Below, in pieces: positions 54,121 through 62,946 of a DNA stretch of 64,000 nucleotides. The notes beneath the pieces are model-generated. The model was not told where the DNA came from, did not search any database, and was given only the letters and a program-made list of their open reading frames with translations. Each line of letters opens with the position of its first letter. The first letter of the stretch is position 1. The stretch is taken from the NCBI GenBank assembly GCA_963829055.1, contig CAWHHI010000016.1, forward strand, positions 1,024,001 to 1,088,000. The letters are read 5' to 3'. The translations under genes were made by a program, and so were the position numbers. This stretch comes from an uncultured Gemmatimonadaceae bacterium (lineage in GTDB: Bacteria; Gemmatimonadota; Gemmatimonadetes; Gemmatimonadales; Gemmatimonadaceae).

Positions 54121-56334
54121 TCAGAACCTCGCGCGGATCGTCACGAACACGTTCCGCTGCGGGAGAACGTAGTAGTAGGACGTCGTGCCGTCGGTGTAAC
54201 CACCGGTGTAGAACGGCGTGTTCGTCAGATTGTTCGCGCGGATGCCGAGTGTGTAACGCAGGATCGTCCAGCCGACCGTGCCATCGAGCGTGGCGCGTCC
54301 CGGCGTCGTGAACCGGGCATCACTCGTGTTGGCGAGATAGGATCGGCCGACGAATCGCCCGTCGAGCGAGGTGGTGAGCCCGCGGCCTAACGCGTAGCGG
54401 AGCGACGCGTTCGCGATGACGCGCGGCGTGAGCAACGGCTCGACGTCGCGGTACGTGACACCCGCGGCGTCATCGGTGTAGGCATCGATCCGGTTCTGAC
54501 TCACCGTCGCGTTGAGCGTGCCGGTGAGTGCCGCGGTCGCGCGGAAGGCCGCGTCTATCTCCACACCACGCCGGTAGCTGCTCGCCACGTTCTTCCGCAG
54601 CGGGAGGCCAAGGTAGCTGAGCTCTCCGATCGGCGAGATCTCGTTGTGGAAGTCCATCGAGTAGAGGTTGGCCTGCACGCCGAAGCGGGCAGTGCGCAAT
54701 GCTATCCCCGCTTCGAGATCTCGAACGGACTCTGGCTTGACGCGCGCGAAATCGCCGACGAACTCGACGTTCGACGTGTCGAGATTGTCGAAGCCGGCCA
54801 GCATGTCGTTGCGCGCGGGCTCGCGACCGTTGCGGCCGTACGAGGCGTACAACGCGCCAGGCGCTGTTCGCCTGCCACGTCACACCGATCTTTGGGTTCA
54901 CGAACGTCCAGTCGATGCTGACGACTGGTGATGCCGGCATTCACGTCGGGCTCGTACCGGAAGGCAGCGTACCGAACCTGCAAGTCCCCGAGGATCGACC
55001 ACGCGCCCACGCCATACGTCGCTTTCGCGAACGCGCTCGCATCGTCTTTCTCGCCCGTGTTGTCGTAGAGGCGGGTGTCGAGGTCGGGCCTGACGACGGC
55101 GTAGTGCGATCGTCGATACCCGTTCGCGTGAGCACCGCCGAGCAGCTGCAATCGACCAACGCGTGCGCGCGCGGTCGCGATCGCACCGCACGGCGTTGGA
55201 TGCGAGGTTGAAGTTCTCGAGATCCGGATCGACGCGAACGTCGTAATTGCCGTCCGACCACATCCCGTACGCGGTCACGCCGACGCTGGCATCGGGGCCA
55301 AGGAGACGAGTGTATTGGGCGCTCGCGAAATCCTGGAAGAAGTCATCACGTTCGGACTCCGTGAGCGGATTCGCGCGCGGATCCGCTGCCAGGTCTTCCG
55401 CGGACGCCGCGAGATACGCGAGCCCGTTGCGCGCGCGTCCGCCGAACGCGACGAGCTTCACGATGTCACGGTCGCCGAAGTAGCCGCCGCTCAAAAAGAA
55501 CGACTCTGACCGATTGCTCGAGTTGCGGCGATAGCCTTCCGTCTGCTGCACCGATCCGCGCGCGTACAATGAAAGGCGCGAGGGCAAGAGCCCCGTCGCA
55601 TACTCGAGGCTACCGCGATTCGAGTCGAACGATCCTCGCTCGAGTTGCACCTCGCCCCCGCGTTGCCCACCTGCGAGGCTGACCGACTCCATCATCAGCG
55701 AGCCCGCATACGACGCGACGCCATTCGAGCTCGCCCCGACGCCTCGCTGCAGCTCGACCGATTGCAGGCTATTCGTCAGATCCGGGAAGTTCGAGAAGTA
55801 GACGAAGTGATCTTCCGGGTCGTTGAGTGGAATGCCGTCGAGCGTGATGTTGATGCGAGTCTGGTCGATGCCACGCAGCCGCATGTACGAGTACCCGGAG
55901 AACGACCCGGCATCCGAGTACGCCGTGACCGACGGTGCCGTCGTGAGCAGCAGCGGCAACTCCTGTCCGAAGTAGCGACGATCGAGCTCGGCCTCGTCGA
56001 TCGTCGCGCGCGTGACCGGCGCGGCATCGTCACCGCGGACCGCCGTGATCGTCGACGCTTCCAGCGTGCGAGCCGTGGGCGTCAGGACCACCAGGAGCGT
56101 GCTATCGCCGGGCGCCGCGACAAGCTCACGAGGCGTGTACCCCGCGCGAAAAAACCGCAAGCGGGTGGTCGTTGACGTCACCAGGCGGAATCTGCCGTGC
56201 GTGTCTGTGCGAACCGTGTCGCTCCCACCGACCGCGCTGACGATCACGCCAGCGATGGGTTGGTCGTTCACCGCGCTTCGTACTTCGCCGCCGACATCGG
56301 CGGCGATCGCCAGCGCGAGAATCAAATGCACCAC
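54121..56334 (-). CDS. TonB-dependent receptor, vitamin (thiamine/PnuC-associated)-type plug (apparent frameshifts near 55190 and 54860-54930)
   Basis: N-terminal CarboxypepD-like domain, 'RLRGIDQTRINITLDGIPLNDPED', 'ELQRGVG', C-terminal 'NNLTN...RNVFVTIRARF'. Confidence 0.88.
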
Positions 56335-56434
56335 CAGGGGTTCTCCGGCCGTTCAGGTCGGCAGCCGACAAGCCATGACGCTCGACGTCGTATCGCGGGC
56401 CGCCACGCGCGGCTCTCGTGGAGTGCCGAACGCG
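56335..56434 (-). promoter_or_regulatory. Candidate structured 5' leader of the TonB receptor, downstream of a TAGCTT box (56441-56446)
   Basis: Hand-folded stems CGTTCGG/CTGAACG, AGCC/GGCT, GTCGGC/GCCGAC; no match to a riboswitch consensus I recognise. Confidence 0.35.
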
Positions 56435-56485
56435 GAGCGAAAGCTAACTGCGCGTGCTGCCAAGCACTCTACTGTCGAGTCGACA

Positions 56486-56884
56486 CTACGCGTCGTCGAC
56501 GACGTCATGCCCCGCTGCTCTCAGAGCGGTGAGCGCACGCTGCAATGCAGAGGCGCGGACGAGCACGTAATCCGTGTCGTACGTGCCGATAGCCAGAATC
56601 GGAATCGCCGCGTCGGCAAGCGGACCGGCGAGCGAGACCAGCACGCCGACGAGGTCCGGCGCGAGCGGCCCTTCCACCGCAATCGCCACGTAGCCTCGCT
56701 CGGCTCTCACGACCGCGGGAACGCGATCATCGGCGCACACGATCGACAGCTCACTCCCCGCTCGCGTGACGGAGACAAACCCCGGGCCGTTTGCCCAAGG
56801 CGGAATTGGAGCGTTGCCATCCAGGCGACAGACGGCGAGCGGCTCAGGTGACACGCGGAGTCGCATCCGGGGCGCCGGCGTCAC
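56486..56884 (-). CDS. ACT domain-containing protein
   Basis: FVSVTR..SELSIVC, LVGVL..LA.AAIPILAIGTYDTDYVLV. Confidence 0.85.
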   Translation of the reverse strand: MTPAPRMRLRVSPEPLAVCRLDGNAPIPPWANGPGFVSVTRAGSELSIVCADDRVPAVVRAERGYVAIAVEGPLAPDLVGVLVSLAGPLADAAIPILAIGTYDTDYVLVRASALQRALTALRAAGHDVVDDA

Positions 56885-57645
56885 GCCGAGCGGGCGATGA
56901 ATCCCGCGCGCACGTGAATGGGCCAGCGCACCAGGTGCGTGGATTCGTCAGCGCCCCAGTGCGCCCGCAGTTCATCTCGCACCGCGATCACCGGGTCACG
57001 ACCAATGGCCGCCGCGAGATTACGCGTCGCGGACCATGTGCGGAGATACCCCGCGAATTGATCGAGCGTCAGCTGCACTTCGATGTCGAGCGGCGGTGCT
57101 GGCACATCGTCGAACGGCATGGCAATCGTTCGATAGCCATCGTCGACGAGCCGGCGTTCCGGCGACCAGTATGGCCTGCACGTTTCCGAGTAGTATCGCT
57201 CGACGACGTCGTCGATGGCGCCGGACAACTGTGGACGCGTGTAACACCAGACGGCGAGCGCGCCACCGGGCGTCAACACGCGCCGGACCTCGGCGAAGAA
57301 GCGGTCGAGCGGAAACCAGTGAAGCGCCTGCGCGACCGTCACGAGATCAACAGACCCCGCTTCGAGCCCGCTCGCGTCCGCCAGCGCGACGGCGTACGAC
57401 ACGCGCGCGTGCGGCGTCGCGTGAGCGATCTGCTCGGGGCTCGCGTCCGTTGCGACGACGCGTTCGAAGTGATTCGCGAGCGGTACAGCAGCCTGCCCGC
57501 TACCGGTCGCGCAATCCCACGCCGTGTGGCGCGCGGCTGGGAGCGACGCGACGAAGTCGAACAGCGCGGCCGGATATCGCGGTCGGAAGGTCGCGTACTC
57601 CGCCGCGCTCGACGAGAAGTAGTCTTTGAAAGTGGGCGCCGTCAT
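56881..57645 (-). CDS. Class I SAM-dependent methyltransferase
   Basis: FKDYFS..AAEYA.FRP.YP, WDCATGSGQA, VAQALHWF. Confidence 0.92.
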   Translation of the reverse strand: MTAPTFKDYFSSSAAEYATFRPRYPAALFDFVASLPAARHTAWDCATGSGQAAVPLANHFERVVATDASPEQIAHATPHARVSYAVALADASGLEAGSVDLVTVAQALHWFPLDRFFAEVRRVLTPGGALAVWCYTRPQLSGAIDDVVERYYSETCRPYWSPERRLVDDGYRTIAMPFDDVPAPPLDIEVQLTLDQFAGYLRTWSATRNLAAAIGRDPVIAVRDELRAHWGADESTHLVRWPIHVRAGFIARSA

Positions 57646-57780
57646 GTCGATTGATTGACGCGGATGATATCTCGCTGCACCATCACGCGCGAGTTGGCGT
57701 GAACAAGCGCGACGGTGACGCGCGTCACTCGTCAAGAGATTGCACGGTGTCGCACAAGGTTCCCTCGGCCCAAAGGTGCA

Positions 57781-59484
57781 GTGTTCGTCCCGAAGCTGTT
57801 CACGACCCTCGAGAACTACGACCGCCAGCAGTTCACGAACGATCTCACGGCCGGCGTGATCGTTGGCATCGTGGCGCTGCCACTGGCGATCGCGTTCGGC
57901 ATCGCGAGCGGCGTGACGCCGGCACAAGGCCTCTACACCGCAATCGTCGCTGGCTTCCTCATCTCCGCACTCGGCGGCTCTCGCGTGCAGATCGGCGGCC
58001 CCACCGGGGCGTTCGTCGTCGTGGTCTACGCGATCGTCCAACGGTACGGGGTGTCCGGGCTCGCGGCCGCGACATTCATGGCCGGTGTGATTCTCATACT
58101 GCTCGGGGTGTTCAAGCTCGGAACGCTCATCAAGTTCATTCCGCACCCGTTGATCACCGGGTTCACATCGGGCATCGCCGTGATCATCGCGTCGAACGAG
58201 CTCCGCGACTTCTTTGGCCTGCAGGTCGCGACGATGCCGTCCGAGTTCGTGGAGAAGCTCGACGTATTGTGGGGAGCGGCCGGTAGCGTGAATCCATGGG
58301 CGGTCGCGGTAGCCTCGTTCACGTTAGGCCTGCTCATCGGGTGGCGCCACCTCAACTGGCGACTCCCCGGCCCATTCGTCGCGCTCGTCGTCACGACGGC
58401 CATCGTGCAGCTGTTTCACCTGCCGGTGGAGACCATCGGAAGCCGGTTTGGCGCGCTCGATCTCGCCTTCCCCGCCCCGTCCATTCCGTCCATTTCGTTC
58501 TCGGATGTGCGCGGTCTCGTCGGACCAGCATTCACGATCGCCGCGCTCGGCGCCATCGAGTCGCTGCTCTCGGCCATGGTCGCCGATGGCATGATCGGCG
58601 GACGACACCGATCGAACATGGAGTTGGTCGCGCAGGGCATCGCGAACATTGCGTCGCCGATGTTCGGCGGCATTCCCGCAACGGGCGCGATCGCGCGCAC
58701 CGCGACGAACGTGAAGAATGGTGGCCGCACGCCGGTCGCGGGAATGATTCACGCGTTGACGTTGCTGCTGATCGTGCTCGTGTTCGGGAAGTGGGCTGCG
58801 CTCATTCCGATGGCGACGCTCGCCGGCGTGCTGATGCTCGTCGCGTATCAGATGAGCGAGTGGCGCGTGTTCCGCGCCGAGCTGCGAGGGCCGCGCGAGG
58901 ACGCGGCGGTGCTCGTGACGACATTTCTGCTCACCGTCATCGTGGATCTCACGGTGGCCATCGGCGTCGGAATGGTGCTCGCATCTTTCCTGTTCATGAA
59001 GCGGATGGCCGAAGCGACGAACGTATCCGCCGTCACGCGCGAGTTGCGAAAGGATGGCGACGACACCACGTACTCCGCGCCCGGCGCGATCAGTCAGCGC
59101 AGCGTCCCGGAGCGCGTCGAAGTATTCGAGATCAGCGGCGCATTCTTCTTCGGTGCGGCGGAGGCGTTCAAGGAAGCGTTAGGCCAGATCTCCGGCCGTC
59201 CGTGGGTGATCATCATCCGGATGCGCGACGTGAGCGTCCTCGATTCATCGGGTCTGCATGCGCTTCAGGAAGTCGTCCGCCGGTTTCGTCGCGACCGCAC
59301 CGTGGTGTTGCTGGCCGAGGTGCATGCGCAGCCGCTCGCGGTGATCGAGGCATCCGAGCTATTCACCGAGATGGAGGACGACATCTTCATGGACATTGAC
59401 GACGCGCTGGACCGGGCCCGCGGTCACGTGGCTACGCGTACCACCGGCACCGTCCCCGCCGTAGCAGCGAATCCCACTCAGTAA
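57781..59484 (+). CDS. SulP family anion transporter with STAS domain
   Basis: GIVALPLAIAFG, QIGGPTGAF, ESLLSA, TGAIARTA, GAFFFGAA, DSSGL. Confidence 0.95.
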   Translation: MFVPKLFTTLENYDRQQFTNDLTAGVIVGIVALPLAIAFGIASGVTPAQGLYTAIVAGFLISALGGSRVQIGGPTGAFVVVVYAIVQRYGVSGLAAATFMAGVILILLGVFKLGTLIKFIPHPLITGFTSGIAVIIASNELRDFFGLQVATMPSEFVEKLDVLWGAAGSVNPWAVAVASFTLGLLIGWRHLNWRLPGPFVALVVTTAIVQLFHLPVETIGSRFGALDLAFPAPSIPSISFSDVRGLVGPAFTIAALGAIESLLSAMVADGMIGGRHRSNMELVAQGIANIASPMFGGIPATGAIARTATNVKNGGRTPVAGMIHALTLLLIVLVFGKWAALIPMATLAGVLMLVAYQMSEWRVFRAELRGPREDAAVLVTTFLLTVIVDLTVAIGVGMVLASFLFMKRMAEATNVSAVTRELRKDGDDTTYSAPGAISQRSVPERVEVFEISGAFFFGAAEAFKEALGQISGRPWVIIIRMRDVSVLDSSGLHALQEVVRRFRRDRTVVLLAEVHAQPLAVIEASELFTEMEDDIFMDIDDALDRARGHVATRTTGTVPAVAANPTQ

Positions 59485-59522
59485 GAGCCACGGGGTGGCG
59501 GAATAGAAACCGCAGGAAACAG

Positions 59523-59557
59523 CACCGCCGCGCTCGAGCAAATCGAGCGCGGCGGTG
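59523..59557. terminator. Hairpin between convergent genes
   Basis: CACCGCCGCGCTCGA/TCGAGCGCGGCGGTG 15-bp stem. Confidence 0.7.
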
Positions 59558-59586
59558 TTCGTTGCGCCAATCGACTGACTACTCGA

Positions 59587-59865
59587 TCACCCAGGCGGAA
59601 GCTGCTGACGGACATTCTTGTTTCCCGCCGCGACTCCCAGCGCGACGCTGAGCCCGAACGCGATCGCGCTCCCGGCACCAACGAACGGAAGTAGCCACAC
59701 GATCGGCGCAGCAATGATAGCCGCGCCTATGCCGGCGACGAACGGAGCCAGTGGGCTGCGCGCCGCATCCACGTACCGGAGACGACGGGCGACAAAATCC
59801 TTCGCCTGCGTAAAGCCAATGATCACCGCTGCCGTTGACAGCGCGAATGCGAGCAATCCGAACAC
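59587..59865 (-). CDS. Small hypothetical membrane protein
   Basis: 92 aa, 3 hydrophobic segments, GAGGGG SD. Confidence 0.7.
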   Translation of the reverse strand: MFGLLAFALSTAAVIIGFTQAKDFVARRLRYVDAARSPLAPFVAGIGAAIIAAPIVWLLPFVGAGSAIAFGLSVALGVAAGNKNVRQQLPPG

Positions 59866-60006
59866 GTGTACCCCCTCGTAACGTTGCTACGTTAGTAACC
59901 TTGGTGTCCGTACGGCGCCTGCGCGAGGCGGGTTTCGGCGCGAGCGGTCGGAGGCGGGACCGAGCATGCGGGCGATCGATCGATTCACATCTAGCATACA
60001 TCGAAA

Positions 60007-60990
60007 ATGCGAGCCGCGGTCATTACTCGTCCAGGCGGACCGGACGTTCTCGAGATTCGTGACGTCGATCGACCCACCCTGGCGGCGGATGGCGTGCTCG
60101 TGCGAGTACGTGCATCGGCGATCAACCGCGCTGATCTCATGCAACGACGCGGCGCGTATCCCGCCCCACCGGGTTCTCCGCGTGACATCCCCGGCATCGA
60201 ATACGCGGGCGAGGTCGTCGAGGTTGGCGCGACAGTGACCGACCTGCGGAGCGGCGATCGCGTGTTCGGTATCGCGGGCGGCGGTGCGCACGCTGAGTTC
60301 ATCGCTGTCCCGGCGAGCACGGCCGCGCGAATTCCTGGTGCGCTTTCGTGGACGGACGCTGGCGCCATTCCCGAAGCGTACATCACCGCGCACGACGCGA
60401 TGGTCACGCAGGGTGGGCTCGGGCGCGACATGCGCGTGCTCATCCATGCCGTGGGCAGCGGAGTCGGACTCGCCGCGGTGCAGATCGCGCGCGCCGTGGG
60501 TGCGATCCCCTACGGGACGTCGCGGACCGCGGACAAGATCGAGCGCGCAGCCGCATTCGGACTCGAGCATGGCGCTACCGTGCGAGACGCGTCCGACCTC
60601 GGCGCCGCAGTGCGAGATTGGGCACCGGCTGGCTTCGACGTCGTCCTCGACCTCGTTGGCGGGGCCTACACCCCTGCAAGCATCGACGTGTTGGCGATGC
60701 GCGGGCGGCTCATGCTCGTGGGCCTGGTGGCCGGCGCAACCGCATCAGTCGACCTCCGGCGCATTCTCTCACGGCGCATTGCGGTGATCGGAACAATGCT
60801 GCGCGGACGCTCCGTGGATGAAAAGGCCGCGGCGACCCGGGCGTTCATGCGTGACTTGGCGCGTGGCTTTGAGACTGGCGCCCTTCGCGCCGTCGTCGAT
60901 CAGGTGTTCACGCTCGACGCCCTCGCTGATGCGCACCGACGCGTGGAATCGAACGAGACGTTCGGCAAGGTCGTGGTCGTCGTCCCGTAG
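60007..60990 (+). CDS. NAD(P)H-quinone oxidoreductase (PIG3/MDR family)
   Basis: NRADLMQRRGAYP.PPG, PGIEYAG, LIHAVGSGVG, FGKVVV. Confidence 0.92.
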   Translation: MRAAVITRPGGPDVLEIRDVDRPTLAADGVLVRVRASAINRADLMQRRGAYPAPPGSPRDIPGIEYAGEVVEVGATVTDLRSGDRVFGIAGGGAHAEFIAVPASTAARIPGALSWTDAGAIPEAYITAHDAMVTQGGLGRDMRVLIHAVGSGVGLAAVQIARAVGAIPYGTSRTADKIERAAAFGLEHGATVRDASDLGAAVRDWAPAGFDVVLDLVGGAYTPASIDVLAMRGRLMLVGLVAGATASVDLRRILSRRIAVIGTMLRGRSVDEKAAATRAFMRDLARGFETGALRAVVDQVFTLDALADAHRRVESNETFGKVVVVVP

Positions 60991-61170
60991 CGCCTGCCGC
61001 GATTTATCTCGCCCTGCACCTCCGTTCGAGCGCCTTGTCACGCGCGCAAGGCGATCCGGCGCGTACGGCAGTCATACTGATAGCGAGCCAATCTCTCTGA
61101 TTGTACGCGCCGACCGGCGTACCGGGACGTCGCTCGCCGCAGTGGCCACCATCACAGCGCGGAGGAGGCT

Positions 61171-61716
61171 TTGAATCCCGGTTCGATCGTGCTGGCAACA
61201 GTCCTGACGCTCGGTGGACCCTTCTTTCCCGCTTCACTCGTCCACTCGACGCCACGCGCTGACGCCCGCCGTTGTTCCATCAGCGCCCAGGGAGCGCAGA
61301 GCGACTGCGCCGTCATTGGGGCGCAGTGGGTCGTGACTACGGCCAGTGTGGTCGCGAGCGCTCGCGTCGTCGGCGGCCGCGTGCACGTCACCATCGGGGA
61401 CGATCAGTACGCCGTTGACCAGGTCGTGTATCACCCGCAATGGACCGGCGGCGTCAAGTTCGACGTGACGCTGCTCAAGTTGACCGAGCAGGTTCGCTCC
61501 TTTCCGCTCCTGGCGCCGCCTGGCGAGTTCCCAATGAACGGCGAACGCATAGCGCTGCGCGCTCTCGCTCAACGTGAGTGGGTCACGCAGACGATCGGGC
61601 CGTCGGCACTCTGGGACAGTCCCCGATCAACCACGCTCGTCGCGAAGCAGTCTGCGCTCCTCACGAGAGTGCGATCGCTGATGGACGCGTGGGTTGGACG
61701 AACGTCGAACGATTGA
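61171..61716 (+). CDS. Secreted truncated trypsin-like (S1) domain protein, probably inactive
   Basis: GGAGG SD; 'IGAQWVVTTAS', 'VYHP', 'DVTLLKL'; no catalytic His or GDSGG. Confidence 0.55.
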   Translation: MNPGSIVLATVLTLGGPFFPASLVHSTPRADARRCSISAQGAQSDCAVIGAQWVVTTASVVASARVVGGRVHVTIGDDQYAVDQVVYHPQWTGGVKFDVTLLKLTEQVRSFPLLAPPGEFPMNGERIALRALAQREWVTQTIGPSALWDSPRSTTLVAKQSALLTRVRSLMDAWVGRTSND

Positions 61717-61745
61717 ATCGCCCTGAGCGCACGTCGGAGGACCTC

Positions 61746-61774
61746 CAAAGGCGCGAGCGCTGCTCGCGCCTTTG
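61746..61774. terminator. Bidirectional terminator between convergent genes
   Basis: CAAAGGCGCGAGC-GCT-GCTCGCGCCTTTG. Confidence 0.7.
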
Positions 61775-61779
61775 ACGTT

Positions 61780-62745
61780 CTACGGGTCCGTTCGGCCGTC
61801 TGCAACGAAAGCGATCCGATCGCCGCGCCCGCTCACCGCGATACGTGTGATGCCCTTCACGCCCGCCGAACCCAGATCCGCGATCTCGCGCCAATCGTCA
61901 CCGCTGTTGCCTGACCACCAGAACAGCCGAGAACCGCGACCGCACACGATCGAGCCTCCGGGCAACCAGGCGTAATCCTCGACGGTCTCCGGGAGTCGGA
62001 CGAGCCGCGCGGTCGCGCGGGTCGCCGGATCGAGCGACTCGATCCACCATTCCGTCGCTGAGACCTTCCGCACGAAGCTGATGCGCCGGCTGTCGGGAAT
62101 GCGATGGAGAGAACGCCCAATGCCCGAGGCGATCGTGTCCGCGACGCCTGTCCGGGTATCGGCGAGCTGCAACGTATTAGGAGAGCCGAGCACGAACAGC
62201 GCGAGCGTGTGGTCGTCGGCCCAGGCGTGATAGCCGACGGGCTTCACGCGCTCGAGAATCACGCTGGGAGGGCTCCCGTCGAGCGGGAAGCGCCAGAGTC
62301 GCTGTGCCGAATCGCGCTCGACACGCACGACGGAGATCGCGCGTCCCTGGTCCATCGCCGTCGCCGAGTACTCACTCTCGGGAGCAGTCGACGTAACGCG
62401 GGACGTCCCCTTCGTCGCAATGTCGTAGCGATATATGTCGGCTTGTGCATCATTCCGGACGGACGTGAAGAACACGCCCGATTGGTCCCAGCTGAAGCTT
62501 GGCTGGTTGTCGTAACCGGGCCGATCAGTGATGTTGATCGGTGCGCCGATTTTCGGCGTTCCCGCAGTTCGCGTTATCGACGCCAGGTATATATCTGGCG
62601 GCGGCGCGGGCCGCTCCGCGGGTCTGGTCGAAGCGGGTTGCTGCGCATTGGCGGGCTCGCCATAACACGCGACGGCGAGGCAGCAGGCGGTCGCGAATGC
62701 GGTCCGAGAGCGCAGGCGAGGGAACTTTTGCCGAAAAGCGAACAC
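61780..62745 (-). CDS. TolB-like beta-propeller secreted protein (start uncertain)
   Basis: 'PGYDNQPSF', 'ESEYS', 'PVGYHAW', 'ITRIAVS'; the upstream part of the long ORF is the antisense of the next gene. Confidence 0.75.
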   Translation of the reverse strand: MFAFRQKFPRLRSRTAFATACCLAVACYGEPANAQQPASTRPAERPAPPPDIYLASITRTAGTPKIGAPINITDRPGYDNQPSFSWDQSGVFFTSVRNDAQADIYRYDIATKGTSRVTSTAPESEYSATAMDQGRAISVVRVERDSAQRLWRFPLDGSPPSVILERVKPVGYHAWADDHTLALFVLGSPNTLQLADTRTGVADTIASGIGRSLHRIPDSRRISFVRKVSATEWWIESLDPATRATARLVRLPETVEDYAWLPGGSIVCGRGSRLFWWSGNSGDDWREIADLGSAGVKGITRIAVSGRGDRIAFVADGRTDP

Positions 62746-62946
62746 GGCGGGGATTGGGGGTAACAGTGCGTGGAGGTGGACCACGTGGTCCGTCGCTGCG
62801 CGAGCATCGTACGATACCGATTGGCGGCAGCGCAACTCGCTGGTCTGGCTTTCTGAACGACGTTGGGGGTGGTATGCCGCTTGCCCCCCTTCGGGCACGC
62901 GGCCGGCTACACGCTGGTCGCCACGATACACCACACGGAGATCCAC

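Noticed and set aside
2275..56334. Calling frameshifted genes pseudogenes or programmed frameshifts
   Set aside because: Essential genes are affected, I saw no in-frame nonsense decay or consistent slippery sites, and sequencing error is more parsimonious
56335..56446. TPP, cobalamin or FMN riboswitch
   Set aside because: Conserved cores of these classes are not visible; kept only as an unclassified candidate
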